A stretch of 63,857 nt of DNA, the filler included, from Dugesia japonica (taxonomy: Eukaryota), in assembly GCA_001938525.1 (NCBI GenBank). It is 6 parts of 6 records of this genome, joined end to end, with 100 filler letters (N's around TTAATTAATTAA, not from the genome) between each part and the next. Parts side by side here need not be neighbours in the genome. Positions count along the whole stretch, not along the records: positions 37,268 to 45,868 come from MQRL01638259.1; positions 45,969 to 55,470 come from MQRL01639110.1; 4 more parts are not named here. The stretch is one strand, 5' to 3'. The translations under genes and the position numbers were made by a program. The notes below the pieces were generated by a model. It did no database searches and had not been told where the DNA came from. It saw only the letters and a program-made list of their open reading frames with translations. Shown here piece by piece: positions 39,310-52,854 of the stretch (its first letter is position 1; each line of letters opens with the position of its first letter).

Positions 39310-40670
39310 ATTAACCCTTATAGATTAATATAGTGTTTTTGAGTGTATTATTTATAGAGGTTAATGAGTTTATAGGGTTTGTGATTGTATAAATAACTTA
39401 AAATTACTGTATAAATACCTTATAAATTTATATAAAAAAAACTTATAAGTAAATATTTTTTATGAATGCATAGGGTATTTTGAGTATATTGGTTTATGGA
39501 TGTGTATGGTTTATGAGTGTAAAGGTTAGTGAATATTGGAACGTTTCTTTATATAACTTAAAATTACTGTATTTAAAATTACCTTATAAGTCTATGAATG
39601 TATATTTTTTATGAGTATATATGGTTTTTGAGTGTATTATTTACATACTTAACGTGCAATATACCGTTTTGAGGTTATTATTTCCATAGTTACCTTGTGT
39701 TATTTAGATAATAACTGTGCAATACAGAGTGTAATATCGTGTGGAACCTTTTCATATATATAACTTCAAATTACGGTGTGAATATCTTATAAGTAAAATA
39801 TTTTTATGTGTGTATGAGATTTTTGAGTGTATAGATTTATGAATGTAAGACATTTTTATATAAAATTTAAGATTACTGTATAAATACCTTAAGAGTAAAT
39901 ATTTCTATGAACGTATAGAGTTTTCGGTGTATATAGTTTATGAATGTAGGAATTATTAGTGTATAGTGTTTAGGAGTGTATTATTTACATAATAGCATGG
40001 TAATATTAACATATTAACCGTAAATTATAGGGTTTATAAGTGTATATGAAAAGGGTTCCATACTCATAAATCTTAAAAAATCATAAACGCTATACTACAC
40101 GGTTATTATTTAAATATTACAAAGCACCTATGTAAATAATGCACTTAAAACCGTATATTACAGGGTAAATATGTAAACAATAGACTCCTAAACCATATAC
40201 ACTCATAATCTTTATACACTCATAATCTCTATACATTCATAAACCCTATATACTCATAAACTCTATTATAGGGTTACTATGCAAATACTACACTCATAAA
40301 CACTAAACATACATAAAATATATTTATTTATAAGTTTTGATATAGACTTATAGGGTATTTATACAGTAAATTTAAGATATTTATACATGAAAATATTTCA
40401 AACTCTTGAACATTATACACTCACAAATTCTATACACTCATAAACTCTATACATTTATAAAGATATTTACTTATAAGTTTTTTATATAGATTTATAAGGT
40501 ATTTGTACAGTAACTTTAAGTTATTTATGCAATAACAGACCCTATACACTCATTAACATATATAAACAATACACTGAAAACCGTATTTTACACAGTAAAT
40601 GTGTAAATAATACACTCAAAAACCCTATACAATCATAAAAAATATTTACCTTTTTTTTGTGTAGGTTTAT
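39310..40670. repeat. Palindromic minisatellite (unit ~CACTCATAAACCCTATA); orientation flips near 40055
   Basis: TTTATGAGTGTATAGGG-type units on the left, reverse-complement units on the right. Same family at 20080-20245 and 22022-22190. Confidence 0.85.
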
Positions 40671-41033
40671 TAGTTGTATACGAAAATGTTCCATGCTTTT
40701 ATGATTTTTAAAAGAAAAGTTCCTAGCTAATATGTTTTTTATGAATACATGTAACTACTAATATGTTTATTATGAAAACATCTCAATACTAATATGTTTT
40801 GTTTAGAAAACAAATGTCATAACTCATATGTTTTTAATTGAAAATTACCTAGCTAATATGTTTTTTTATGAAAAAAGTTCTATTTTTATATCATTTTAAT
40901 TGCAAATAAGAAAAAGCAATTAAAGAAGTTTTAAAAACTTGCAAAAAGTACCAAAAAGAAACTGAAAATGATGAATGGAAAATAGATATCATTATAAACA
41001 ATTCGCTAGTATGTATTTGTTATTGAAATAAAA

Positions 41034-41358
41034 ATGAAATTAGAAAGAAGTATTCCGTTTTATACCGCGTTGATTAAATTATCAAGATTATCTAGAATGA
41101 AAATTTTGAAATCATTTCCACAATATGTTAAAGATGATTTAATTGAGATTATTGTAAATTTTGTTCGTGGTAATGTAAATTTAAGCGACTTTTAAAAGGA
41201 TGTATTGAAAAAACATAAAATAAACATTATTAACTCTTGTGAATACAAAAAATTGGAAATTTATGAGGCAAATAGTATTGTATAATCAAGAAGGGCGCTT
41301 TTTATCAGCATTACCACCAATTGCATTAGTAGCATTAGGAGTAACTCATTTCGAATAA
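41034..41358 (+). pseudogene. Polinton small conserved ORF with Q-x-G-G-F-like C-terminal amphipathic peptide
   Basis: MKLERSIPFYTALIKLS...LIEIIVNFVRGNVNLSDF*KDVLKKHK / LLTLVN...YNQEGRFLSALPPIALVALG. Resembles the small ORF upstream of Polinton integrases (N.L.GNV.L...L..HK...QxGGFL..L). Confidence 0.7.
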
Positions 41359-41909
41359 ACAATGATCCATTGGAGCAATAATTAAATAAACAATAGGCCG
41401 ATGGCAACTATTATCTAATCTAGACCTGGAATTTGCATCGAATTATTGTAATGGGGAACCTAAAAACAATACGGATGAATCCAAAAACCTTAGCAGAAAA
41501 ATTAATGAAATTAATTTCAAACATCAAAAGAAACGACGAAAAGGTGATTATCAAGTCAACTAGCATACAGTCTGAACAAGCCGACGTTGAAAGGATTTTC
41601 AACAAGTGCATATAAAACATATGGTATTGATGATTGATGGTAAATGGATCTAATGGAGATGATTCAATATTCAAATATAATTAAAGGTTACAAGTATATA
41701 TTGACATTGTTAGGTAATTTTATAAATTTGCAAATATTTTTAAAATTTAATGCAATGTTATTAGTTTAAATTTTTTAATGTAAATAATTAATAAAAAATT
41801 TTAATAATTAAATTTTATCGCTTTATTTTTTAATTACTGTAAATTCGAAGTTTTAGATTTAAAAAAATATATTTTTAATAAATATAATAAATAATAATTA
41901 AATAATTAA

Positions 41910-42635
41910 ATCTAAATCTGCTAATGATATGGAACAAGCAATCAAGTCAATGTTTAAAAATGGACACCCGGATAACTTATAAACGGATTTGAGTAAGGAA
42001 TTTTTTTTATTCAACTGATAAATCATCTAAAAATAAACCATTATAGTGTATTCTCGCAAAATAAAGCTACGCATGAAGAGAAATTAAATCGTAAATTGAG
42101 AGATGATTTGAAAAAGTACTTTGTACATGTTGTCAATAAAATGTGGATAAATGTTATAACGAAACCTTTTCATAGTAATAATCATTCTGATCATAATGAT
42201 TTAAATGGAGCAAGACCGGTCGATGTAAGTAAAAACAATCAGTTAAAGTTATAGTTATCACGAAAATATCCAATAGCAAATAAAAAACCAAAATATAAAG
42301 TTGGTAATCATGTGAGAATTTGGAAAATATCAGCTTCACCCTTTATCAAGAATTTCAATAATAACTGAAGTGATGAAGTGTTTCAAATAACAAAAATTAA
42401 CACAAAACTAAATCCAGTCATATATGTTATTAAAGATATTGAAGATAATATCATACAAGGAAAATTCTAAGAACATGAAATTCAAGTCATTTCACCACTA
42501 GAGATATGTGGAATGGAAAGAATCATCAAAAAAAAGGGAACCGGAAAGAATAAACAATATTATGTAAAGTAGCATGGATACGAAAAAACAAGTTGAATAT
42601 TAGCATCGCATATAGTCAATCAAGAAGAAAATTAG
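41910..42635 (+). pseudogene. Polinton/Maverick retroviral-like integrase with C-terminal chromodomain, decayed
   Basis: PDNL*TDLSKEF, NKATHEEKLNRKLR, YKVGNHVRI, N*SDEVFQI, YVIKD..IIQGKF*EHEIQ, KQYYVK*HGY. Confidence 0.9.
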
Positions 42636-42636
42636 G

Positions 42637-42862
42637 ATGAAATCAAGTAATTTCTATACTTTTTTATCGAGTAATAGTTGTCATCTTATTCATTCGGATA
42701 ATAATGCTAGTAAATTCATTGTTGAGCTTTAAAATCCAATTAACATGGACAGTCAGTGGGAAGTAGCATTGTTAAATTTTACTTTTGTATATCAAACATT
42801 TTCGTTATCAAGCAATTCTAAAATTCAATACATGTATAAAAAACTATTTCAAAGGAAATGAC
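42637..42862 (+). pseudogene. Polinton minor capsid (penton) N-terminus
   Basis: MKSSNFYTFLSSNSCHLIHSDNNASKFIVEL*NPINMDSQWEVALLNF fits the FY..L.SN......N....F...L..PI.L...WEV.L pattern and follows the integrase directly. Confidence 0.75.
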
Positions 42863-42902
42863 TGTTACGATTAATCATTATACTTGAGAATAGATAAATA
42901 TG

Positions 42903-44225
42903 TCAGCACTGAAACAGTCCCCACCAACGCAGCTGACTAATTTTGACAATTTGACTGTTTTGGTGTTTTTGAATACATGAAAAATATCTTGGAATTCGGG
43001 TTGGAACGGTCAAAAATTTGCTCGTGAAGGTCGAATATTGAAAACTTGTTTTTTAGATCTTTCGGTCAAATGTTATCGTATGGTTTTGAATTTTAAATCG
43101 ATCGTCTTAGAATTGAAAGATGAACATTTCTGTATATAATGTCTTATATGAATATGCTTAGTTCTTTCAGAAAAGGTATGTCAGCAAGCGAACGAATTTC
43201 TCGACCAAAATTTATTGTATGGTAATGAAAATGATAGCATTCAATTCAAAATAAAATTCTTAACAGTTTATGTATAGGGCTTGTTGAAAAAATATACTTT
43301 TTTTGAAAGATAGAAAATTCCCGGTTACCATGAACCACCGAGGATAAAAAATTAGACTGGGAAAATACTTCTGATAATCAAACAAATTTGGTATCCATTA
43401 ATTCAGAATTTAAAACTAAACATTTTTTATATATCATTTCCTATATGAATATGCTTGGTTCTCTCAGAAAATGTATGTCAGCACGAAACACTTTAACTTG
43501 TTTTTTAAATTTCTCAACCAAAACTTCTCATATGAATCTAAAAATGATAGCATTCAATTTGAAAATTAAATTCTAAACATATTTTGTATAGGGTTTGCTG
43601 AAGAAATATTCTTAGGTTAAAAGATAGAAAATGACCGGGGCCATGTCTCCCCGAGGATAAAATATTATTTTTCTGGAAATACTTATTAAAATCAAACAAA
43701 TTTAGTATTGTTAAACTCGGAATTAATAATTAAACATATTTCTCATAGGGTTTGCTGAACAAAATATTTTGGTTCTCTCAGCAAATGTAGTGCAGCACAG
43801 GAACACTGGACCTTGATCTACGAATTTCTCCACAAAAACTTATCCAATTGCTTTGTAAATGATACTATTCGATTCAAAATAAAGTTCTGAACATATTTTA
43901 TACATGGTTTGATGTATAAATATGCTTAGTTGAAAAGATAGATAAAAACCGGTTACCATGTCCCACCTTGGATAGAAAATTATATTTTCTGGAAAATACT
44001 TAGGATAGTCAAACAAATTTGGTCATTCTAAAGTCAGAATAAAAAACTGAACATATTTTCTATAGGGTGTGTTGAAAAATATTANTGGTTCTCAAAATAA
44101 TATATAATTATATTATAAATTATAATTAAAATAATAATAATTTCTAAAATATTTTAGACCATTAAACTCAGAATAAAAAACTGAACATTTTGTATATAAA
44201 GTTTGCTGTAAAAAATGCTTTATTC
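42903..44225. repeat. Unclassified repeat with ~300-bp tandem units that interrupts the Polinton penton gene
   Basis: Recurrent ATAGCATTCAATT, GAAAGATAGA, AAACAAATTTGG and GGTTACCATG blocks at ~300-bp spacing. Confidence 0.7.
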
Positions 44226-44714
44226 TAATAATTTTATTTCATGTGTTAATTTTAATTCATTAAATTTCAAAATTTTCTTTTTATTTTAAATTCATGATTT
44301 TTCCAGTAATTTTTTCAAATTTTAATGATTTTATAATATAAATTTTGATTAATTTTTAAAACAAGCGTCAAAAGTTTTATAAACTAATTACATNNNNNNN
44401 NNNNNNNNNNNNNNNNNNNNNNNNNNNNNNNNNNNNNNNNNNNNNNNNNNNNNNNNNNNNNNNNNNNNNNNNNNNNNNNNNNNNNNNNNNNNNNNNNNNN
44501 NNNNNNNNNNNNNNNNNNNNNNNNNNNNNNNNNNNNNNNNNNNNNNNNNNNNNNNNNNNNNNNNNNTAATTACACATAATTTTTCAAAATAGTACATATT
44601 TTTCTAAACATATTAGACTAAAATTAAATGAAATTATTGCAATAAATTAAATAATTTACTTGAATTGACTGATATAAGCAAATACTTTGACAAAATATTA
44701 TCTATGTGTGGTTT

Positions 44715-45140
44715 TAATTGGTGTTCATTGGTTTACAATGTCTAATACTTTACTATAACTACTGGCTTACTCTTACTACTTGTTTACTGTATCACATAGG
44801 TTTACTATTTCACTTGGGTTTAATGCATCCATTGGTTTTACTGTAGCACGTGGGCTTTACTGTGTTTCAATGGTTTTATTGAAACACGTGGGCTTTACTG
44901 TGTCACATTGGATTACTCTATCCATTGATTTACTGTGACCATCGGCTTTATTGAAACATATGGGTTTACTGTGTCATATTATCTTCATTGAAACACATGG
45001 GCTTGCTGTAACACATTCGTTTACTATATCCATTGGCTTACTCTATCCATTGGTTTACTGAAACCCATAGGTTTTATTGTATCAAATCGGTTTTCTGTAC
45101 CCATTTGCTTACTCTATCGACTTGTTTACTGTATTTACTA
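44715..45140. repeat. ~20-22-bp minisatellite (GGTTTACTGTATC(A/C)CATT)
   Basis: About 18 degenerate units. A second ~21-bp array lies at 45635-45865. Confidence 0.8.
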
Positions 45141-45868
45141 ACTTTCTATATCTCTTGTTAAACTCGGTGAAATATTTTTAAAACTTAGAGAAATCAAGGA
45201 AATTAATAGAAATTTAATAAATCTTAATAAAATTGGTCTATATTATTACATTGTTTTCTACTTTTTACTATAACAGTTGGTCTACTTTATAAATACAACT
45301 ACGAAATAAATACAACAAAGTACACCTAATGAATACTATAAATCTATTAAACCTATTATATTTAATACACTTGAATGAAATTAATTCAATTTAATTAACT
45401 TTACTGAAATTAATGAAAACATTTAATAAATCTTAATAAAATTAGTCTATATTTTAATAATAAGTCTATACATTGTAATGAAATTTCTTATGGATTTAGT
45501 AAATATTAATCAAACTTTTTGAAAATTTATTGACATTTTATAAAATCAAGTTATTCAATTAAAATTTAGACTTAAAAAGTTTCAAACTAATGCACAATAG
45601 ATTTCATTAAAATACGAAAAAGCTTCGATCAAATGTACAATAGTTGGTTACAATTTATTCATATTGGTTATAATTTACTCATAACTTTCAATAATTTGTA
45701 CACAGTTTGCTATATTTTACACATAGACGGTGATAATTTGCTCATAGTCAACTACAATTTGTGCATAGGTGTCAGTAAATTACACATTGATAGTCGTAAT
45801 TCGTACATAAGTATTTGCTATTTGTACATAGGTTGTGATAATTTGCTTGTAAGTGACTACAATATATT

Positions 45869-45968
45869 NNNNNNNNNNNNNNNNNNNNNNNNNNNNNNNN
45901 NNNNNNNNNNNNTTAATTAATTAANNNNNNNNNNNNNNNNNNNNNNNNNNNNNNNNNNNNNNNNNNNN
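45869..45968. other. Artificial scaffold spacer
   Basis: N44-TTAATTAATTAA-N44. Confidence 0.95.
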
Positions 45969-46028
<60 letters not shown>

Positions 46029-46672
46029 TATTATTTTTAAAATAACATTTACAAATTAGGATTATTGTTATCCTTTTTTTCTTATTGCTTCAAAAAAAGA
46101 TTCTATGCCACATTTAGTATGAAACCTCGTGTTTATAAAAATTAAAACAAAAGCTATTAGAAAATCAATAAATTGATGAATCAAAACATCATTGAGTAAA
46201 TATATTTTTACTTTTCCACCTGATATCAATATAGTTTCACAAATGAACGAAACAAATAAGTTTGTTGACAATAATAACATTCATCATTAGTTCGTTTATT
46301 TTACTAATTAATGATGCTGCTGTATTAGATAATTTATTCATTTATTTTATGTAAATATTCTTGTAAAATTATTAATCATCATTTCAAAAAATTAAATATT
46401 TGTGAGAAACGTAAAATACAATTTAATTTAAGTTAAAATAAATATCATAAAAATAAATAAAATTGTTTTCCTGTGAGCAGACAATTTATATCAGAACTGA
46501 AATTTTTGCAATTAAAAAAATAATTTCATGAAATACTTTGCATGTGGTTAAGATAGTCCAATTAGTGGCCAAAGTTAATTAATTAAAAATTGTCTGAAAT
46601 TAGTTTGTCATAAATTTTCCGACTTTTATAATATTGATTATAATAAAATTGATAGTGATAATAATGCTAACA

Positions 46673-46740
<68 letters not shown>

Positions 46741-46831
46741 NNNNNNNNNNNNNNNNNNNNNNNNNNNNNNNNNNNNNNNNNNNNNNNNNNNNNNNNNNNN
46801 NNNNNNNNNNNNNNNNNNNNNNNNNNNTAAT

Positions 46832-46892
<61 letters not shown>

Positions 46893-46908
46893 TAATAATA
46901 AAGATTAC

Positions 46909-47475
46909 GGTACAAATATTTCTTGAAAATTATTTATTATTTGTTTCCCGACCATTATAATAGCCAATTGTTGAGCAAGTTCAAATAAACAACTTCCATT
47001 ACTACACTCTTCATTTCGTAATCCGAAAAACAATGAATAATTACCCGGATATCCATTAAATCTGAAGTATTTCAACAAATAGATTAAATTTTTTAAAAAA
47101 GAAAGTCAAAATAGTCACCTTCCTTTGAAAAATGCAATGTAGAATATTGAAGAATAAAAGTTTACAAATTGAAATAAATACACTTTTAGAATTAAATGGT
47201 CTTCAAATTGAGTTTGAGTTCGATGCATTTCTAAAAGTGTAATTAATAATAAAAAAATAATTTTGAAAAATAAAATCACCCCATTGTGTAAGTTTGTAGG
47301 CAAGTTTCTCATAAACTCGTCCAAGGCACATTATCAAAATTAAATTGACGAAAGCAGCACTTGTATTGGCAAAAATTAATGCTTTTGAACGTAAAAGTGG
47401 ATTATCAAATAGAGGGATAGCAATTAGGACACGATAAATAATAACTGCTATGATGAAAATGATGATCAGCACAAA
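46909..47475 (-). CDS. Anoctamin/TMEM16 family gene (ANO7-like), three internal exons: 47475-47280, 47230-47119, 47061-46909
   Basis: GT-AG introns of 49 and 57 nt give a continuous frame: [15 protein letters not shown]...[57 protein letters not shown]...[37 protein letters not shown]. Confidence 0.93.
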
Positions 47476-48062
47476 CTGAATAATTTAAATTTTTAATAAC
47501 TATATTAAATAAAATTATTTTTGTTTAAATCATTGATTAAATTTAAATTGAATTTTAAATTAAAAAATTAATGATTTTCATATTAACAAATAGAAATTTA
47601 TTAAAATAGTATTATTTAAAATAAATTATCAAATAATATCACCAAGCAAAATTTATGGCAGTATTTCATTAAAATCTCAAATGAAAGGAAAACAATAATG
47701 GTATTTCAATAGCAAAAGAATAAATCTTGAGTTACAAGCAATCAACTTCGAGGACAATTATCATTTGATAGTTCTCATTCAAAAAATTTAATTTTACAGT
47801 AAATTTGAATCGAGTCTGGTTTTCTGTTTTTATTTCTAAAGAAGTGCTTTAAGTTGATATCTTTTGTCTAGAGAGAAATTAACCAATTCAACGCAATTAT
47901 GTTGTATAAGTACAGTAGGTAAGAATCATAATGAATCTGTTTATCATTAACGGTTTTAGTGTTATCACTTCTGAAATGTTATGTCCAAGTAATACTTAGA
48001 TTTTTAAATAAATTTAAATTGTAAATTTTTCAGTCACATTATATTAATTAATTTAAAAGCTT

Positions 48063-48133
<71 letters not shown>

Positions 48134-50854
48134 NNNNNNNNNNNNNNNNNNNNNNNNNNNNNNNNNNNNNNNNNNNNNNNNNNNNNNNNNNNNNNNNNNN
48201 NNNNNNNNNNNNNNNNNNNNNNNNNNNNNNNNNNNNNNNNNNATGTTTGACTGTTTGATGATATAACGGCCAACAAGATCAATTGCGTAATTACTATACT
48301 AGATCTCACTAATAAACCAATAATATTGTGGTATACTACACTTGTAAATTATCAGTTCTTATTCTATTCTTATTTATATTTGACATGTCGAACATACTGA
48401 ATTGGCAAAAGTTTATTAAACCTTCGAGAATATTTCAAGTATTAGGAGACGTTGATGCATTTTCGGAGGACACCTATAAGATGTTTTGAATTATCGCAAA
48501 AAAGCAGAATAAATGAGAAATTAGTTTATTAAAGCGTTTGTGGATTCAGATTTATGAAAACACGATTGGAGACAATTATGAAAAGTTGAAAAAGCTTTCG
48601 AACCAAAGACATTTTGAGTTAAGAATTTGAATCTGAACTTCGTTACAGAATATGAGAAGAATCATGCTCACAATCTTTTGACTAGTTCGAAAAATTAGCT
48701 GAATGCATTCTACTACACAAGCTTACTAAGCCAGTATTGATGATTTTTGTTATGAATAATGCGTTCGAAGAAATTAGTAGAAAACGAGAATTGAAACAGG
48801 CATTAATCCACAAAAAATCTTATGCTGAACTCATTAAGAAAAATAACTGATTCAGATCAAATGATGTTCAATTCAAACACAATCCGCAAAATAATAATAT
48901 AAATCGATTTAATTCGGAGAGAAATAATAACAGATATTGGACATTTCGGAACAATCGAAGATTTAGTCATTTTAATTCTAAATTTTATTACAAAATACGA
49001 TTGTTCTGCGGATATGAGGGACATATTAAGAGATGTTATCAAAAACTTCAAAGTACTTTATGCAATTGGCAAGGATATTGTCTAAGTAACTGCTGGTTTC
49101 ATGAAAAAGGGTTTTTGAATGATAAGAGAAATTCTTTGAATCAACAAGATAGATCATAAAAACTGAATGCCATAAATTCAGATATTCTTCTTTAATTATT
49201 CTTNNNNNNNNNNNNNNNNNNNNNNNNNNNNNNNNNNNNNNNNNNNNNNNNNNNNNNNNNNNNNNNNNNNNNNNNNNNNNNNNNNNNNNNNNNNNNNNNN
49301 NNNNNNNNNNNNNNNNNNNNNNNNNNNNNNNNNNNNNNNNNNNNNNNNNNNNNNNNNNNNNNNNNNNNNNNNNNNNNNNNNNNNNNNNNNNNNNNNNNNN
49401 NNNNNNNNNNNNNNNNNNNNNNNNNNNNNNNNNNNNNNNNNNNNNNNNNNNNNNNNNNNNNNNNNNNNNNNNNNNNNNNNNNNNNNNNNNNNNNNNNNNN
49501 NNNNNNACTGCTGGTTTCATGAAAAAGGGTTTTTGAATGATAAGAGAAATTCTTTGAATCAACAAGATAGATCATAAAAAATGAATGCCATAAATTCAGA
49601 TATTCTTCTTTAATTATTCTTCACAATTATTTTCATAATTATTANNNNNNNNNNNNNNNNNNNNNNNNNNNNNNNNNNNNNNNNNNNNNNNNNNNNNNNN
49701 NNNNNNNNNNNNNNNNNNNNNNNNNNNNNNNNNNNNNNNNNNNNNNNNNNNNNNNNNNNNNNNNNNNNNNNNNNNNNNTTCCCAACACCAAAAGTAAACT
49801 GATATTAAAAATCGTAATCATAATTGTTATGACAAAATATCGCAAGAATCTAATATTTGTAATAGTGCTACAAGCCAAACAAATTTGATTGGCTGCTTAA
49901 TTCAAAGAAATTTGTAGAAAAAATTAATAAAACTTTACTTTTCCATTAAGCAATTTAATATTGTACGAAATTTCTTTATTGAAATAAATTATCAGTTCTA
50001 TTTTACTTTAAAATATGAAAATGAATAATAAAACACGAAATTGACACTATTAAAAGAAATGTCATAATTTATTCAAGAGTTGTTGTAATTGACACATAAA
50101 GACATGTCATAAATTTCTGTCCTCAAATTTCCCACTGCTCTAGAANNNNNNNNNNNNNNNNNNNNNNNNNNNNNNNNNNNNNNNNNNNGTATAATGTCAA
50201 TATATATTTTTTAATTTTAATTTTCAAATTTTTCTAAGTAAAAGAATCATTTTAATTTAAACATTAAAATACCAAACAAAATATTTGTTTACGTATTAAT
50301 ATTTTGAAAATATTCTCCTACATAGATTAAGTAAAAAATATAATTTTTAATTTTCCAAATGCGTCAGAAAATTTATTTTGAATTATTAAAATAAACACAT
50401 TAATATACTTTATTGATTACAAAATTAGTGAGTAAGGGATAGATTCCCAGAAAATGAGCTGTTCACTGATTGATGAATTTTCTTTTTGTCACTCATCACA
50501 ACTTGAAACCTGCCGAAAAAGTTTTCTTCATCATAAATTGTTATGTTTGCATCATCGTCAGTGGTTATTTAATACACTAATTTAAAATCATAATCCTAAA
50601 AAAAAATTTATTCTGAAAAACTCAAACTAATCCAGAATATTGTATCTCACAATGAGCATATTTGGCAGTGTGGTATATATTTTTTTATTCAATACCGAAA
50701 TACCGGTATTGGATGCACTACTGCTAATATTTTATTTCCAATAACAGAATTACAATTCTGGTATTTAACTTCTTGAAACATGAAATCGTTAAAATAAAAC
50801 TGTCTAAATAAAATAAATTAGCAATTTTTATTTATAAAATGTTATATTAATGTA

Positions 50855-51096
50855 TTCATTTAAAATAAAACCTTCGATAATAAAGTTTTTTATTGTTTTT
50901 TGAGATTGATTTGATATTTCGACTTTGTCTTTGTCAGGAATTGACTTCCTGATGAAAACCAAGTCGAAATATCAAATCAATCTCAAAAAAACCATAAAAA
51001 AAATTTTTTGATCGAAGCTTTTATTTTAAATGAATTCTAAAAAACGATCAATGGTTATGTTCAACAATTATTTTCGCAATAATTTCATTTGTAAAA
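50855..51096 (+). mobile_element. Penelope-like element remnant: inverted pLTR pair plus tail, 13-bp TSD
   Basis: Palindrome 50854-51035. TSD TTATATTAATGTA at 50842-54 and 51097-109. Hammerhead core in each arm. Confidence 0.7.
50940..50982 (+). ncRNA. Minimal type I hammerhead ribozyme motif, partly decayed
   Basis: CTGATGA (50949-55), short stem II, GAAA (50966-69), TA-TC. Flanks ATTGACTT / AATCAAT can form an imperfect stem I. The opposite arm reads CTGACAA-AGACAAAGTC-GAAATATC. Confidence 0.6.
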
Positions 51097-51340
51097 TTAT
51101 ATTAATGTAACTTATATTTACAATATTCAATATTCCATGTTTTAAATTTTATTTATTTATTGAAAATTATAGATGAAAAATTTCATTTTTTTTATTATTG
51201 TAATTAATCCTATACACCACGGTTTCTTAAACTATGTTCTGCGAATTGTTTATTTCGGAGGATAAACTGTTACCAGCGTTTTNNNNNNNNNNNNNNNNNN
51301 NNNNNNNNNNNNNNNNNNNNNNNNNNNNNNNNNNNNNNNN

Positions 51341-51840
51341 TTGTGTATCCAGATGATTTTGAAGCGATTTGAACAGATAGTAGTCCGCTGGAGCTATATT
51401 TAGGGAGCACTAGTGATGTTACATTACTTCCTAATCTAAGTCTTTCAGTTTAGACTTTGTTGCAAAATCAGTATGTAATCTGGCGTTGTAATAGTAAAAT
51501 ACTAAACTTTTCTTACTCACCAATTTTGGACGTTTCTTTGAAAACACTTACTTTAATTATTCAATTTGACCAACGTACTTTGTCGCAGTAATAGTATGAC
51601 CACTTGAAAACAGATCATAATAAAGAATGTCTTTTTAATGCCATCAAATCAGGTTTGGTAATATATAACGAGGATTCATCTAAACCTCACCATGACTTTC
51701 AACGCTTAATGTTGTTGTTAACTACCCATTTATCGTCCCCTGTTATTATCTACTTAAGAAATAGATCCAATGAATTTATTTTAGAAGAAAATTACATATC
51801 TCAACACGATCTACTGTGTTTTATTTCTGATTAACCATAC
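51341..51840 (-). mobile_element. mariner (DD34D) transposase remnant
   Basis: ITGDDKWVVNNNIKR, YNARLH, SLNIAPADYYLFKSLQNHL. Confidence 0.85.
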
Positions 51841-51879
51841 GGGAAATGCAATTATATTACCACCAAATATACTTATATA

Positions 51880-52795
51880 CATGGTGTTTCATAAGTCACT
51901 TAAAAACCAAAAAAATTTATTATGAATAAAATATAGGCAGGTTATAGTACAATTAATGTAAGTATTATAATCAAGTCAGGAATATTTTTAATGTTCATAA
52001 TAAATGTTCAATATGTCCAACATTTTCTGCCACTTCAGCCTTCTATCGAACAACCAAGTTTTCAATGGCTACTGCAGTAGTCTCGCGAGAAATGATTGCC
52101 GCTGCTAGTTTTATACGGTAAATCAATTCTTCTTTAGTTTTAGTCTGATTTTCATGATAAATTATTGATTGCATATGACCTTATAGCCAGTAATCGCATG
52201 GATTTATGTCTCGGGAAAGAGGAAGCCAGAATTGGGGAATGTGTCTGCTGATAATACGGTTTTTTCCAAATTGTTGTAACAGAAGCTGTTTAACATCACC
52301 CATGATATATGCAGGCGTCCCATCCTGCATGAAAATAGCAGAACAAAATTTCCTATTTTTTCTCAAATCCGGTAGAACATGCTCTTTAATCATTGAAAGA
52401 TAGCTCTTGTCATTGACAGTTTCACGGTAGATAAAGGGGTAAGAGTAAAATGTTTGGAGACGTCCATCCATACCGTCACTTTTTGTGAATGCAAAGGAAT
52501 TGTGTGGTATGCTCTTGGGTTTTGAGCAGACCAGATGGCATAATTCTTTGTGTTTATGGCGCAATTCACAAAAAAATGGCATTTATAGCTCCGCAAGATG
52601 TTATTCAACATTTCTTGAGTGTTGAGAAGCCACTTTGCAAAATACTTTGGGAGGAGAACATCAGTTGATTTCAGTTCTTGTAGCATCGTGAATTTGTAAG
52701 GAAATAGCCTAAGTTTGTTGCGAAGAATGCGGTATACGCTGCTGTGAGGGATGTTTGTTTCATCTGAGATTCCTCTAGAAGAAATAATACTCAAA
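51880..52795 (-). mobile_element. maT/DD37D-like Tc1/mariner transposase remnant with one TIR
   Basis: LRLFPYKF, PLHSQKVTVW, FMQDGTPAY, WLPLSRDINPCDYWL. TA-CATGGTGTTTCATAAG end at 51880. Confidence 0.88.
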
Positions 52796-52854
52796 AAAAT
52801 CCAATACCTTCAAAAAAAAAAACAAAAATCTTGAATCAATATTTTAAAAATTAA

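Noticed and set aside
48244-49200. Coding-like fragments between gaps
   Set aside because: Many stops and no motif I can assign.
49088-49622. Direct duplication of ~115 bp across an N gap (similar case at 36348-36502)
   Set aside because: Near-identical sequence on both sides of a gap points to contig-overlap artefact.
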